From Gammaproteobacteria bacterium (GTDB lineage: Bacteria; Pseudomonadota; Gammaproteobacteria; SZUA-152): a stretch of DNA of 64,000 bases. The stretch is taken from assembly GCA_011051755.1 (NCBI GenBank), contig DRKN01000089.1, positions 4,917 to 68,916 on the forward strand, given 5' to 3'. Position numbers and translations under genes: made by a program. Every line of letters starts with the position of its first letter. Position 1 is the stretch's first letter. This document shows, one piece after another, positions 53,613 through 63,164 of this stretch. Below the pieces are notes generated by a model. It ran no database searches. It worked only from the letters and a program-made list of their open reading frames with translations, and was not told the origin of the DNA.

Positions 53613-54674
53613 CTAATAAATCCGCCGCATCAACCAAAACCCGGCGCCCAGCGCGAGGGCCAGGGGTAGCACCGACGTCAGCGCTGGATAGATGCCCGCC
53701 ACCAAGCCAAGGTAACCCAACATCTGGTTCAGTAAATGGAATCCGATACCCACCAGGGTACCCACCAGAATACGGTGGCCGATGCTGACCGAGCGCAACG
53801 GGCCGAACACGAAGGGGATGGCCAAAAACACCATCACCCCGGTCACCAGCGGCGCCACGACCTTGCCCCACAGGGCCTGCTCATAGACCGCCGCATCGAG
53901 GCCATTTTCGCGCAGATAGCTGACATAGTCGTACAGCCCCATAATCGACAGGGTGTTGGGCTTGACCGTCACCACGCTGAGCAGATCCGGACTCAGGCGC
54001 GTGTTCCAGGGCTCGGTCTCGATACGCTGCGCCGTGACGCCCTCGAAACTGACTTCGCTGCCGGTGATATTTTCCAGCATCCAGCGGCCATCCTGATAGA
54101 CCGCCGATTCGGCATACAGCATGCGCGTCAACTGTTGCTCGCCATCGAAGGTATAAATGGTCACGCCGCCCAGGCGTTTGCCCGGCAGAAAGTTGCGTAC
54201 ATTGACGAAACTGTCGCCGTCGCGGGCCCAGAAGCCGCTGCGTCCGCCAAGATCCAGCTTGTCGGACTTGGCCACCGAGCGCAGCGTTTGCGCCCGCTCC
54301 TCCGCCACCGGCGCAATGCCCTCACCGATCACCAGTGAGACGATGACAATCAGCAGTCCCACCTTCATTACCGACCGGACAATACACCCCAACGACACTC
54401 CGGCAGCGCGCATCACCGTCAGCTCGCTGTTACTGGCCAGCACGCCGAGGCCGATGGTGCAACCGATCAGCGCCGCCACCGGAAACAGTTGATAGGCCAG
54501 TTTGGGCACCGTAAGCAGCACATACTGAACCGCCTGCCAGGTGCCGTAATTACCCTTGCCGATGTCACCCACTTCATCCATGAAAGCGAAGAAGGTGAAC
54601 AGGGTCAGCAGCACCGTGAGCGTAATGAAGGTGCTCCAGAGCACGCTGCGGCCGATGTAGCGGTCGAGAATCTG
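53613..54674 (-). CDS. lptG: LPS export ABC permease LptG
   Basis: The start is MQILDRYIGRSVL. It has six TM helices and a periplasmic beta-jellyroll. It lies downstream of lptF and divergent from pepA, as in E. coli. Confidence 0.85.
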   Translation of the reverse strand, partial: QILDRYIGRSVLWSTFITLTVLLTLFTFFAFMDEVGDIGKGNYGTWQAVQYVLLTVPKLAYQLFPVAALIGCTIGLGVLASNSELTVMRAAGVSLGCIVRSVMKVGLLIVIVSLVIGEGIAPVAEERAQTLRSVAKSDKLDLGGRSGFWARDGDSFVNVRNFLPGKRLGGVTIYTFDGEQQLTRMLYAESAVYQDGRWMLENITGSEVSFEGVTAQRIETEPWNTRLSPDLLSVVTVKPNTLSIMGLYDYVSYLRENGLDAAVYEQALWGKVVAPLVTGVMVFLAIPFVFGPLRSVSIGHRILVGTLVGIGFHLLNQMLGYLGLVAGIYPALTSVLPLALALGAGFWLMRRIY

Positions 54675-54678
54675 CATA

Positions 54679-55836
54679 TTAATCAGACACTCTTTGCAGC
54701 CGCACCCGCCCGCGCAGGCGATCGAGCAACCAGCGCGCACCGATCTGGCGCACCATCAGCCAACCCAGCAGCGCCAGCAAAACCGCATGCACCCACCACA
54801 GCCCCAATTCCGCTGGCACCACCCCACGCTCGACCCAGTTTTTCGCCACGCCCAGGGTGTTGTAATAAATGATGAACAGCAGGATGGCCACGAACAGCTT
54901 GCCGAAACGGCCCTGACGCGGTGAGGTGCGGCTCAGCAACGCCCCCAGCAGCGCCAGCAGGAGGGTGGCGACAGGCATGGCCAGACGCCACTGCAACTCG
55001 GCGATTTCGTTCAAGTGCGACGAACCCCTCAGTCGCTCTGTGGGCAATGCCCACAGACGGCGTTCCATCTTTTTCACCTCGCCCTCATCCAGCCGCACCC
55101 CATGCTTGTCGAAACGATAGATGCGGAAATCCACCTCACCGGGCATCCCCTCGTAACGATAACCATCGACCAGCGCCAGATACAGCACCCCCGTATCGGG
55201 GTCACGGTAGCGGTAGCCGCTGCGTGCGGAAAACAGCGTCAACCTGTCCTGACGGCGATCAGACACGAACACATCCCGCAGCTCGCTGCGATCTTCCGAC
55301 AACGCCTCCACATAAAACACCCGGTTGGCGCCACCCACCTCGCTGAACCGCCCCGCCGTTACCGCCGCAAAGGCATTGGTTGCTGCGGTCTGCTCCTGCA
55401 ACCGGGTGGATGCCTCGTGCGCCCAGGGCGTGGTCCACAACGAAAACACACTGACCAGCGCCGCCAGCAACAGGCCGATCACCAGCACCGTGCGCAACAC
55501 ACGTCCCATGCCCACGCCACCAGCGGCCAGCGCGGTCATTTCGTTGTCCTTGTACAAACGCCCGAAGGCCAGCAATACTGCGACATACAGCGCAAAGGGA
55601 AACATCATGCTCAGCGCGGTCACGGTGCGCAGCAGCAGCATATCGAGCACAATGGCCGCGGAAATCCTGCCCGCCAGGGCATCGGACAGATAGAGGGCAA
55701 AAAAACGGCCGAGGAAAATCAGCAGCAGCACCAGCAACACGGCCAGCATGGTCTGCACGACCTCTTTTGCCAGGTAGCGATCAATAATCAAAAAATTCGG
55801 CCTGGAATGATTGACGGAAGACAAATCCCGGGACAC
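54679..55836 (-). CDS. lptF: LPS export ABC permease LptF (start uncertain: GTG at 55836 or TTG at 55781 giving MIIDRYLAKE)
   Basis: Its LIIDRYLAKEVVQTMLAVLLVLLLIFL aligns with the E. coli LptF N-terminus MIIIRYLVRE. There is no ATG in frame near the N-terminus. Confidence 0.8.
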   Translation of the reverse strand: MSRDLSSVNHSRPNFLIIDRYLAKEVVQTMLAVLLVLLLIFLGRFFALYLSDALAGRISAAIVLDMLLLRTVTALSMMFPFALYVAVLLAFGRLYKDNEMTALAAGGVGMGRVLRTVLVIGLLLAALVSVFSLWTTPWAHEASTRLQEQTAATNAFAAVTAGRFSEVGGANRVFYVEALSEDRSELRDVFVSDRRQDRLTLFSARSGYRYRDPDTGVLYLALVDGYRYEGMPGEVDFRIYRFDKHGVRLDEGEVKKMERRLWALPTERLRGSSHLNEIAELQWRLAMPVATLLLALLGALLSRTSPRQGRFGKLFVAILLFIIYYNTLGVAKNWVERGVVPAELGLWWVHAVLLALLGWLMVRQIGARWLLDRLRGRVRLQRVSD

Positions 55837-55940
55837 ACACTTTTGTGGCCAACACGGAAGTTCGAGTAGACTCTAACCGTATAATAAAAATCCACGTAAC
55901 AAAACCGCCCGAAATCGACAGATTCTAAACAGGAATATCT

Positions 55941-57473
55941 ATGGAATTCAGCATCAAGAGTGGCTCCCCCGAAAAACAACGCTCCGCCTGCGTGGTGGTC
56001 GGTGTCTTCGAACCGCGCCGCCTCAGCCCCGCCGCCGAGGCCCTGGACAAAGCCAGCGACAGCTTCCTCTCCACCGTACTGCGCCGTGGCGACATGGAAG
56101 GCAAGATCGGCAAGACCCTGCTGATTCACAACCCCCAGGGCGCCATGGCCGACCGCGTGCTGTTGGTTGGCTGTGGCCGCGAACGCGACATCAGCGACCA
56201 GCAATACCGTGAAATCATCGGCAGCGCCGTAACCCGACTCGACGAGACCGGCACCATGGAGGCCACCTGCTACCTCACCGAGGTCAACGTCAAGGGCCGC
56301 GACTTGCACTGGAAGGTTCGCCACACCGTGGAAAGCAGCCGTGAAATTCTCTATCACGCCGATACCCTAAAAACCAAAAAGAACGACATCCGCCGCCCAC
56401 TGCGCAAGCTGATCCTCACCGTGCCACGCCGCAGCGACCTGAGCAATGGAGAACTGGCGATGCGCGAAGGCGAAGCCATCGCCGAGGGCGTGTCACTGGC
56501 CAAGGATCTGGGCAACCTGCCCGGCAACATCTGCACCCCGACCTATCTGGCCACGCAGGCCGTCAACCAAGGCAAGAAATACAACAAACTCAACGTGGAG
56601 ATCCTGCAGCAGGCACAGCTGGAAAAACTCAGCATGGGCTCCTTCCTCTCGGTGGCCAAGGGCTCGCGCGAGACGCCACATCTTATCATCGCTGAATACA
56701 AGGGCGGCACCAGCAAACAGAAACCGGTGGTACTAGTGGGCAAGGGCATCACCTTTGATGCCGGCGGCATCTCCATCAAACCCTCGGCGGCCATGGACGA
56801 AATGAAATACGACATGTGCGGCGCCGCCACCGTATTAGGCGCCCTCACCGCCTGCTGCGAACTCGAACTGCCCATCAACCTGGTAGTGGTCATTCCCACC
56901 TGTGAAAACCTGCCCGATGGCGCCGCCAACAAACCCGGTGACATCGTTACCAGCATGTCCGGACAGACCATCGAAGTGCTCAATACCGATGCCGAAGGCC
57001 GTCTCATCCTCTGCGACGCCCTGACCTACGTCGAACGCTTCTCACCCGATGCCGTGATCGACGTCGCCACCCTCACCGGCGCCTGTGTGATCGCCCTCGG
57101 CCGCCATGCCAGCGGCGTAATGGGCAATCATCATCCACTGGTGCACGACCTGCTGAACGCCGGCAAGAGCAGTGGTGACCGCGCCTGGGAGCTGCCGCTG
57201 TGGGATGAATACCAGGATCAGCTAAAGAGTAACTTTGCCGATATCCCCAACATCGGCGGCCGTGAAGGCGGCACCATCACCGCCGCCTGCTTCCTCTCGC
57301 GTTTCACCAAAAAGTACCACTGGGCGCACATGGACATCGCCGGCACCGCCTGGGTTTCCGGTGAAAAGAAAGGCGCCACCGGCCGTCCCGTACCGTTGCT
57401 CACCCAATACCTCATCGACCGCTGCGACAACAAGAGCAAGGCCAAAAGCAAGAGCGTAAAAGGCAAGAAATAA
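55941..57473 (+). CDS. pepA: Leucyl aminopeptidase (M17)
   Basis: 510 aa, with the NTDAEGRL signature and the [14 protein letters not shown] block. Confidence 0.9.
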   Translation: MEFSIKSGSPEKQRSACVVVGVFEPRRLSPAAEALDKASDSFLSTVLRRGDMEGKIGKTLLIHNPQGAMADRVLLVGCGRERDISDQQYREIIGSAVTRLDETGTMEATCYLTEVNVKGRDLHWKVRHTVESSREILYHADTLKTKKNDIRRPLRKLILTVPRRSDLSNGELAMREGEAIAEGVSLAKDLGNLPGNICTPTYLATQAVNQGKKYNKLNVEILQQAQLEKLSMGSFLSVAKGSRETPHLIIAEYKGGTSKQKPVVLVGKGITFDAGGISIKPSAAMDEMKYDMCGAATVLGALTACCELELPINLVVVIPTCENLPDGAANKPGDIVTSMSGQTIEVLNTDAEGRLILCDALTYVERFSPDAVIDVATLTGACVIALGRHASGVMGNHHPLVHDLLNAGKSSGDRAWELPLWDEYQDQLKSNFADIPNIGGREGGTITAACFLSRFTKKYHWAHMDIAGTAWVSGEKKGATGRPVPLLTQYLIDRCDNKSKAKSKSVKGKK

Positions 57474-57479
57474 TCCCCC

Positions 57480-57902
57480 ATGACCAAGGTCGATTTTTAT
57501 ATCCTCTCCACCGGCTCACGCGAACACATCGCCTGCAAGTTGGCGGAAAAGGCCTGGAGCCAGGGCCATCGCATCTACATCCACACCGCCAGCGCCGATC
57601 AGGCCCGACATATGGACGGGCTGCTGTGGATCTTCCGCGAGGGCAGCTTCCTGCCCCACGAGCCGTATCAGGCGGGCCGGGAGTACGACTCACCGATCCT
57701 CATCGGCAACGACGAGGCACCGGACACCGACAGCGACGTGCTCATCAACCTGGCCAACGACGTGCCACTGTTTTTCAGCCGTTTCCTGCGCGTGGCCGAG
57801 GTCATCGGCGCCGACAACGATGCCAGGCGCAGCGGCCGCGAGCGCTTCCGCTTCTACCGTGATCGCGGCTACCCACTCGACAGTCATGAATTGAAGGGGT
57901 AA
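57480..57902 (+). CDS. holC: DNA polymerase III chi subunit
   Basis: 140 aa, MTKVDFYIL... It lies immediately after pepA, as in E. coli pepA-holC. Confidence 0.8.
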   Translation: MTKVDFYILSTGSREHIACKLAEKAWSQGHRIYIHTASADQARHMDGLLWIFREGSFLPHEPYQAGREYDSPILIGNDEAPDTDSDVLINLANDVPLFFSRFLRVAEVIGADNDARRSGRERFRFYRDRGYPLDSHELKG

Positions 57903-58684
57903 TGCACGCTCAACCCGAGCCTCTTTGCATGCAGGCAAAGCTACCGCGTCCTGCTCTCGCCCCTCGCCTAAGAGCGCCTACTTTTGGTGCCTGCGTCCAT
58001 GCAGGCAATAAAGCCAGTGAGATTATGCATGACTTCATGCAATATCCAGTCTAACCATGAACGACAAACACCACAGATGCGGCCAGCCTTGTATGCGCTG
58101 GAAGCGACTAAAAGCCACACTATTTTCAATGACCAAGTCAATCAATGGGTTAAAAAAATCATCTTACGTCCAACAGGCTCCTAAACAAACATGGATTCAG
58201 CAATGTTTGACTTGAGCCATAATGAGCGATGGCTTACAGTTAGCACCATCGAACCAGGACTGTGAGGGTGCATCATGCTTGTTAAACTATTGATTTACAA
58301 TTTGTTTCAATACGGTGGCCCTGCGTAGAAATTCCCGAGTGAAAATACCTGGCGGATTCTTGACTTTTTTCCTCTTTGCATTCCTCGCCCCAAAACCTGC
58401 TTTGACGGGAAAAATCAAGGGGGAAATGGCCGAAGTAATGAACTTTTTGGTTTTTTGACAGACTATTTCCATTGCATGTTCAATGGTATTGATAATGAAT
58501 GTAGTATGTCGTCATAGGAAATATTGACGACATATTTTCTAAAAAGTTTTTATCCGGGCAGCAGCACCCGCTTAAGAACGAAACAAAACAACCAAGGCCA
58601 ATCGACGATTGCCGACGGTTATACCAGCCCCGCCGCCACATCGCGGGAAACACCACCCATTTGAGACCAACGAAGAGAATACCT

Positions 58685-59047
58685 ATGAAACCTATCATGC
58701 TCGCCATCACCCTGTGCCTGTCCGCCCTGATCACCACCGGCGCCATGGCCGCCGCCACCAAGACCGTTGAAGCCGTCAATAAAGAGTTCACCAGCCTGAA
58801 AGGTCAGCAAGTCACCGTCAGCGGCAAAGTTGTAAAAGTGAACAACGGTATCATGCGCCGCAACTTCATCCACATTCAGGATGGCACCGGCGGCCAAAAC
58901 AGCAACAACCTGATCGTCACCAGCAAGCAGACCGCCAAGGTTGGCGACCAGGTCACCATCACCGGCACCGTAGCGCTGGATACCGACTTCGGTATGGGCT
59001 ACATGTATCCCCTGCTGGTCGAACAGGCCACGATTCAGCCCCGCTGA
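58685..59047 (+). CDS. Small secreted protein, possibly a BOF/YgiW-like OB-fold protein
   Basis: Signal peptide MKPIMLAITLCLSALITTGAMA. The mature region is about 100 aa with the (V/I)TVSGKVVKV beta-strand pattern reminiscent of YgiW. The family call is weak. Confidence 0.45.
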   Translation: MKPIMLAITLCLSALITTGAMAAATKTVEAVNKEFTSLKGQQVTVSGKVVKVNNGIMRRNFIHIQDGTGGQNSNNLIVTSKQTAKVGDQVTITGTVALDTDFGMGYMYPLLVEQATIQPR

Positions 59048-59130
59048 GCAAACACCTGAAACACAAAAGGCCGGCTGGGCTTCCCCGGCTGGCCTTTTAA
59101 ATGCCTCTAAACGACTTTCAGCTTCCTGAC

Positions 59131-59196
59131 GTAGAGTGGGCACCGCCCACCAGTTACGTTCTATCCAAGCAGCGATAGTGGGCAGCGCCGCCCTAC
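59131..59196. repeat. REPIN, family B doublet
   Basis: gtagagtgggcaccgcccacc ... tagtgggcagcgccgccctac. Confidence 0.75.
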
Positions 59197-59287
59197 ATAT
59201 TTAATTTTGTGACCACATACGCCCTGTTTAAAGACATATTTCCTATGTGGTGCCATTGACTATGCATGGGCTGTTAGGCTTCAAACC

Positions 59288-59941
59288 TCACCCCGCCGCC
59301 CTACCGGGCTGACAGTATTTGCGCTTGTAGCCCACCAAGCCAAGAAGGCCGATACCCATCATCAGGATGGAGGAAGGCTCGGCGACGGGAACCGTGCTAT
59401 TTAATTCAATTCGCAGGGTATCCCAATAGATATCTGCACCCATAACGCCATTCATCCCGCCGCTGTATTGTTGATCCAGCCCAGCGAGCAATACGTTAAC
59501 CTCAAAATTTGTGGTAGGCCCCGTATTGCCGAAATCATAGCTAACGGATCCACCGGAATACGGATTGACGGACCACGTCAATGCCCCGGCAGTGCCACTA
59601 AAAGGCGGCAGTGCAGGAATCAAGTAAACACCCGAGGTAAAGCTGGTGTCCGGCAGATCAAAATCCGAGATCGTATCGCCATTGAAATCCATCCAGAACC
59701 CGTCCAGGCTGAAGCTTATCGTGTATTCCCCCGGCACAAAAAGGCTCAGGTTTTCATCAATATTCCCGGAAGTACCCGTAAAGCTGAATGTGGCAGGATT
59801 GTTTATCCCTAAACCTACAGCATAATTAACTTCACCAATACCTGTTACGTTTGTTGCCTCATAATAAATTGACGTCGCCATTGCAGACCCGCCAAAACAC
59901 AAAAATGCAGCACAAGCAGTGGTCGTTATGAGCTTTTTCAT
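59288..59941 (-). CDS. PEP-CTERM sorting-domain secreted protein
   Basis: Signal peptide MKKLITTTACAAFLCFGGSAMA. The C-terminal tag is VPVAEPSSILMMGIGLLGLVGYKRK, a PEP-like motif plus TM helix plus basic cluster, which is the exosortase recognition signal. Confidence 0.75.
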   Translation of the reverse strand: MKKLITTTACAAFLCFGGSAMATSIYYEATNVTGIGEVNYAVGLGINNPATFSFTGTSGNIDENLSLFVPGEYTISFSLDGFWMDFNGDTISDFDLPDTSFTSGVYLIPALPPFSGTAGALTWSVNPYSGGSVSYDFGNTGPTTNFEVNVLLAGLDQQYSGGMNGVMGADIYWDTLRIELNSTVPVAEPSSILMMGIGLLGLVGYKRKYCQPGRAAG

Positions 59942-60180
59942 TCGTCTACCTCTTTAGCAGCCTGTTAAATCGCCGTATTTATTACTTACCGGCACACGCA
60001 ATAACCTTAAGCAAACAGGGTGCCACCCACAACAACCACTTGAAATGAAAGGGAACCATACAGTGCAAACCAGTTGGAACCCCGATCACTGTAAAAAATA
60101 CCGACAGCCCCATAAAATCGCCGTTTCGATTCAGTTCGCTACAGAGTGATAGAATTTACAAAGGAAGTGTTTATCCCTAT

Positions 60181-60228
60181 TGCGCGCACAGCACACACCT
60201 GCCCGTAGCGTGTGCCATGCGCACGATG
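60181..60228. repeat. REP family C doublet
   Basis: tgcgcgcacagcacacac ... cgtagcgtgtgccatgcgcacgat. Confidence 0.7.
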
Positions 60229-60516
60229 CCCCCAGGATCAGGAAATCATTGAAACTACGAAATTTCGAACCGGACTCTGACGACTCCCCACAAAAAACCT
60301 GGTGGGGTGGGCAGGTTTTTCATGCCCGGGTGGAATATGCGTCAACGACTAAATTTCGGACCGAGTCCGGAGACCCAAAACACTTCGCGGGGCAAACCCT
60401 AACGAGAGAGGCTGCCTGAATTTATGTCCCAAACACCTTCAATCATGCTGCACACTTTGCAAACAGAGTATTCAAAATACGGTAAAAATCTGTTAATGGC
60501 ACAACAATAACCATGG

Positions 60517-60882
60517 CTACTGACTCAGATTCACCGCAATTCCGACAAAATCCTCAACGTTCTTTTTCTCAACATCCTCAATGATATAAATCTTTATATG
60601 CCGCCTTTTTTTACCCTTGCCTTCCAGCACCTTATCGGGATCTGGGAATTCAGCGCCAAAACTGAATTCAATGGAAATGTGTTTCGCATAAACGAAAATA
60701 CCGCCTATCAAGGTATTGGAAAGGATAAACACCAAGCCACCATATTTTATATCTTCAACTAAACCCGAATTGGTATTGTGAAATATCGTTCTTATCGATA
60801 TAAGAATTTCAAACATTTCCGGTGATTGATATTGAATGTCGTTTAAAAAACTATCAACTTTATCATTATTCGAAAAATTCAT
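60517..60882 (-). CDS. DUF1801 (YdhG-like) domain protein
   Basis: 121 aa. It follows the DUF1801 pattern (...KYGGLVF...IGGIFVYAKHISIEFSFGAEFPDPDKVLEGKGKKRRHIKI...). The region has very low GC. Confidence 0.55.
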   Translation of the reverse strand: MNFSNNDKVDSFLNDIQYQSPEMFEILISIRTIFHNTNSGLVEDIKYGGLVFILSNTLIGGIFVYAKHISIEFSFGAEFPDPDKVLEGKGKKRRHIKIYIIEDVEKKNVEDFVGIAVNLSQ

Positions 60883-61094
60883 CTCAGTTACTCACTTAGC
60901 AATCTTTCTTAAAAAAACGTCTCTCATTACCTGTAGTACATCGCTCAGGCTCAGTGATAGTAATGCCCAGTATTCAAACATCGTAGAGCAGCATACCTCA
61001 CACCAGACCACCATATTTACTAGCGATCACAGGGTCATATCTTAGCGCATAATGTCATACGATCATTAATAAACATAGATCTCCAACATTATAA

Positions 61095-61349
61095 TTATGG
61101 CATCAGCAACCGAAAATTGGCCACCGCTACTGAAATGCCATTTACCACAACTTCCACTGCCTGCATTCCTGGATAGAACACGCGAGCAGTGATTTTTCTA
61201 CGTTCTTTACTTGCGCCTTTCATCCACTGCTCTGCTATTCCAATCACAGCATCAGAATGATCTTTAGCAATATCATTTAGGTTATTTGCAACCGAACGTC
61301 GGACATATTCTTTATCATCATCTTTGAGCCGTTCCAGTAGATCGATCAC
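61095..61349 (-). pseudogene. C-terminal fragment of an AlkD-like (HEAT-repeat) DNA alkylation repair glycosylase
   Basis: ...KEYVRRSVANNLNDIAKDHSDAVIGIAEQWMKGASKERRKI matches the conserved C-terminal block of DNA alkylation repair proteins (PF08713). Only about 80 codons are in frame. Upstream sequence is in other frames and is interrupted. Confidence 0.55.
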
Positions 61350-61580
61350 TGGAGAAGTGATTTTTGATATACATCGGCAATCTCATCGCCCAAGGCAATC
61401 CTGACCGACGTCCTTCCGAAACCAATCGCCGTACGTGTTGATTGTTATCAGTAGTCCAGGTTTTCAACACCGATAATGTTTTTTAAAGACTGGGGGAGAT
61501 GCTCTACTTCATTGCATCGCGGTTGACATCCTCAAAAAAGCTGTGCTACCGGGCTACAGATTCTGCTGAGAAGCCAAATA

Positions 61581-62084
61581 TTATTTATTATTGATGCTCA
61601 GCATTGAGTAAAGAACATTTGACAGGCGCTTTATTTTTTCAATTAATTCTTCATGCCCTTTTTGATGGATTTTTGTTTCTGGACTGGACATTACTTCTTC
61701 CACAAATCTTTTTTGTGTGTTTTGGTAATCTTCGTGATCAGGAAATAGTTCACGGATTTTTTCAAGTTCTTCGGCATCCAGCCATATACCGCCACACTGA
61801 GGACATTCATCAATCTCGATCTGGAATTTACTGCTATAGAAACGGCGCATCATTATTACATCTGTATCACGCGGGCAATTCAGCCTTTTGTTCACATCGA
61901 CTAAAGGGTTGTGATATTCTCTTAGGTGTTCAATTAAAACTTCCCCCATAGCAATGGATGATTGATTAAGTTTATCTAGCTCAAAATTATCGAACCATAT
62001 CCCCCCACATCCTTCTGAAATATCCAGATCTATTCCGGCTACTTTTATTGGTTTAAGCAATTTCCTAGTCCTCGGACACTTCAT
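61581..62084 (-). CDS. Protein with two tandem zf-TFIIB-type zinc ribbons (CPxC...C.GCGGIWFD; CPRD...CPQCGGIWLD)
   Basis: 167 aa. Two copies of the CxxC-x(n)-CxxCGGIW(F/L)D motif are characteristic of PF13453 zinc ribbons. AT-rich context. Confidence 0.55.
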   Translation of the reverse strand: MKCPRTRKLLKPIKVAGIDLDISEGCGGIWFDNFELDKLNQSSIAMGEVLIEHLREYHNPLVDVNKRLNCPRDTDVIMMRRFYSSKFQIEIDECPQCGGIWLDAEELEKIRELFPDHEDYQNTQKRFVEEVMSSPETKIHQKGHEELIEKIKRLSNVLYSMLSINNK

Positions 62085-62231
62085 CTTATAAGTCCTTTCA
62101 TTGAAAAAAGAGAAATTACACCTTTTCTGGTGCGGGTATATGGATATTTTATCATGAATCCCGTCATTCTAAAGGAACTACACCCTCCTCAGAAACCCCT
62201 GTAGAATGTGGTAAGTTCCACGAACCACATC

Positions 62232-62756
62232 CTATGAAGACTCTTGCTTTCTACTCCGGTCGGCAATCATCTGCTCAATGCGCAGCGGCAACATGATGAC
62301 GAGGTCATAGAGACTCACCAGCACCCTGCCCAACTGGTAACTAAGGTTTCCTAGCAGCCGCAGCAGGAAGGCGATACCACGCAGCAGCCCGGCCATCGCA
62401 AGCCCCATAACAGTACGTGACGAGTGGATGAAGGATTCCAAAGGAATGGCGACGAAGGCCAGCGTGAAGGGCAAAATGAAGCCCATCACCATCTGTCCGA
62501 TAGAGGGAATCCAGCGGAATTGCGCCTCGACCACGCCAGACCCGGCCAGTGACGGGGCAATCACCTCACGATCCATCGCCAACAGGTCACGCATATAGGC
62601 CAGTGACGCCTCGATGGAGGCCAGAATGAACAGGATGCTGAAGGTGATCACGATCATGCGTTTGCGCATCGCATCATCCATGCTGCCAATGACGGGAAAC
62701 AGGCGCGTGATACGCAGCGACTCCAGCAGGAACAGACCCATGGCAACTTCCACCAT
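62232..62756 (-). CDS. Hypothetical integral membrane protein (about 4 TM helices)
   Basis: 174 aa with a GGAGG RBS 13 nt upstream of the ATG. No recognisable family. Confidence 0.5.
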   Translation of the reverse strand: MVEVAMGLFLLESLRITRLFPVIGSMDDAMRKRMIVITFSILFILASIEASLAYMRDLLAMDREVIAPSLAGSGVVEAQFRWIPSIGQMVMGFILPFTLAFVAIPLESFIHSSRTVMGLAMAGLLRGIAFLLRLLGNLSYQLGRVLVSLYDLVIMLPLRIEQMIADRSRKQESS

Positions 62757-63164
62757 GATGATATAGCTGCCTCCTCATTCAATGTGGAAACCTCTGATTG
62801 CCTTTTGTCATTCCGGCGCGGGCCGGCATAACGAATCGATCAGAGATTCTTTCAGTCTTGCCCGCGAACCTCGCGTGGCCTTGTAGACCGTTGTACCAAG
62901 GGGCTGTAAAAAATCTGTGAAAACACCCATTCACCGATGGACATTTTCCACAGCGCTGGACGCATCACACATTTTTGTGCTGATTTGGTTACTATTGAGG
63001 GCAGAAAAAGGAAAGAAAAAACGGCCGAAGGGTGCACTGATGGCAAAGATTTTCTGGGTCGAGGATCAAGCTCACTGGATAAACCGCTTCAAGGCGGCAC
63101 TGGAGTCCAGCGATTTCGATGGACGAGCCAATTCATCGATCTCTCCACCACCGACAACATCGCC

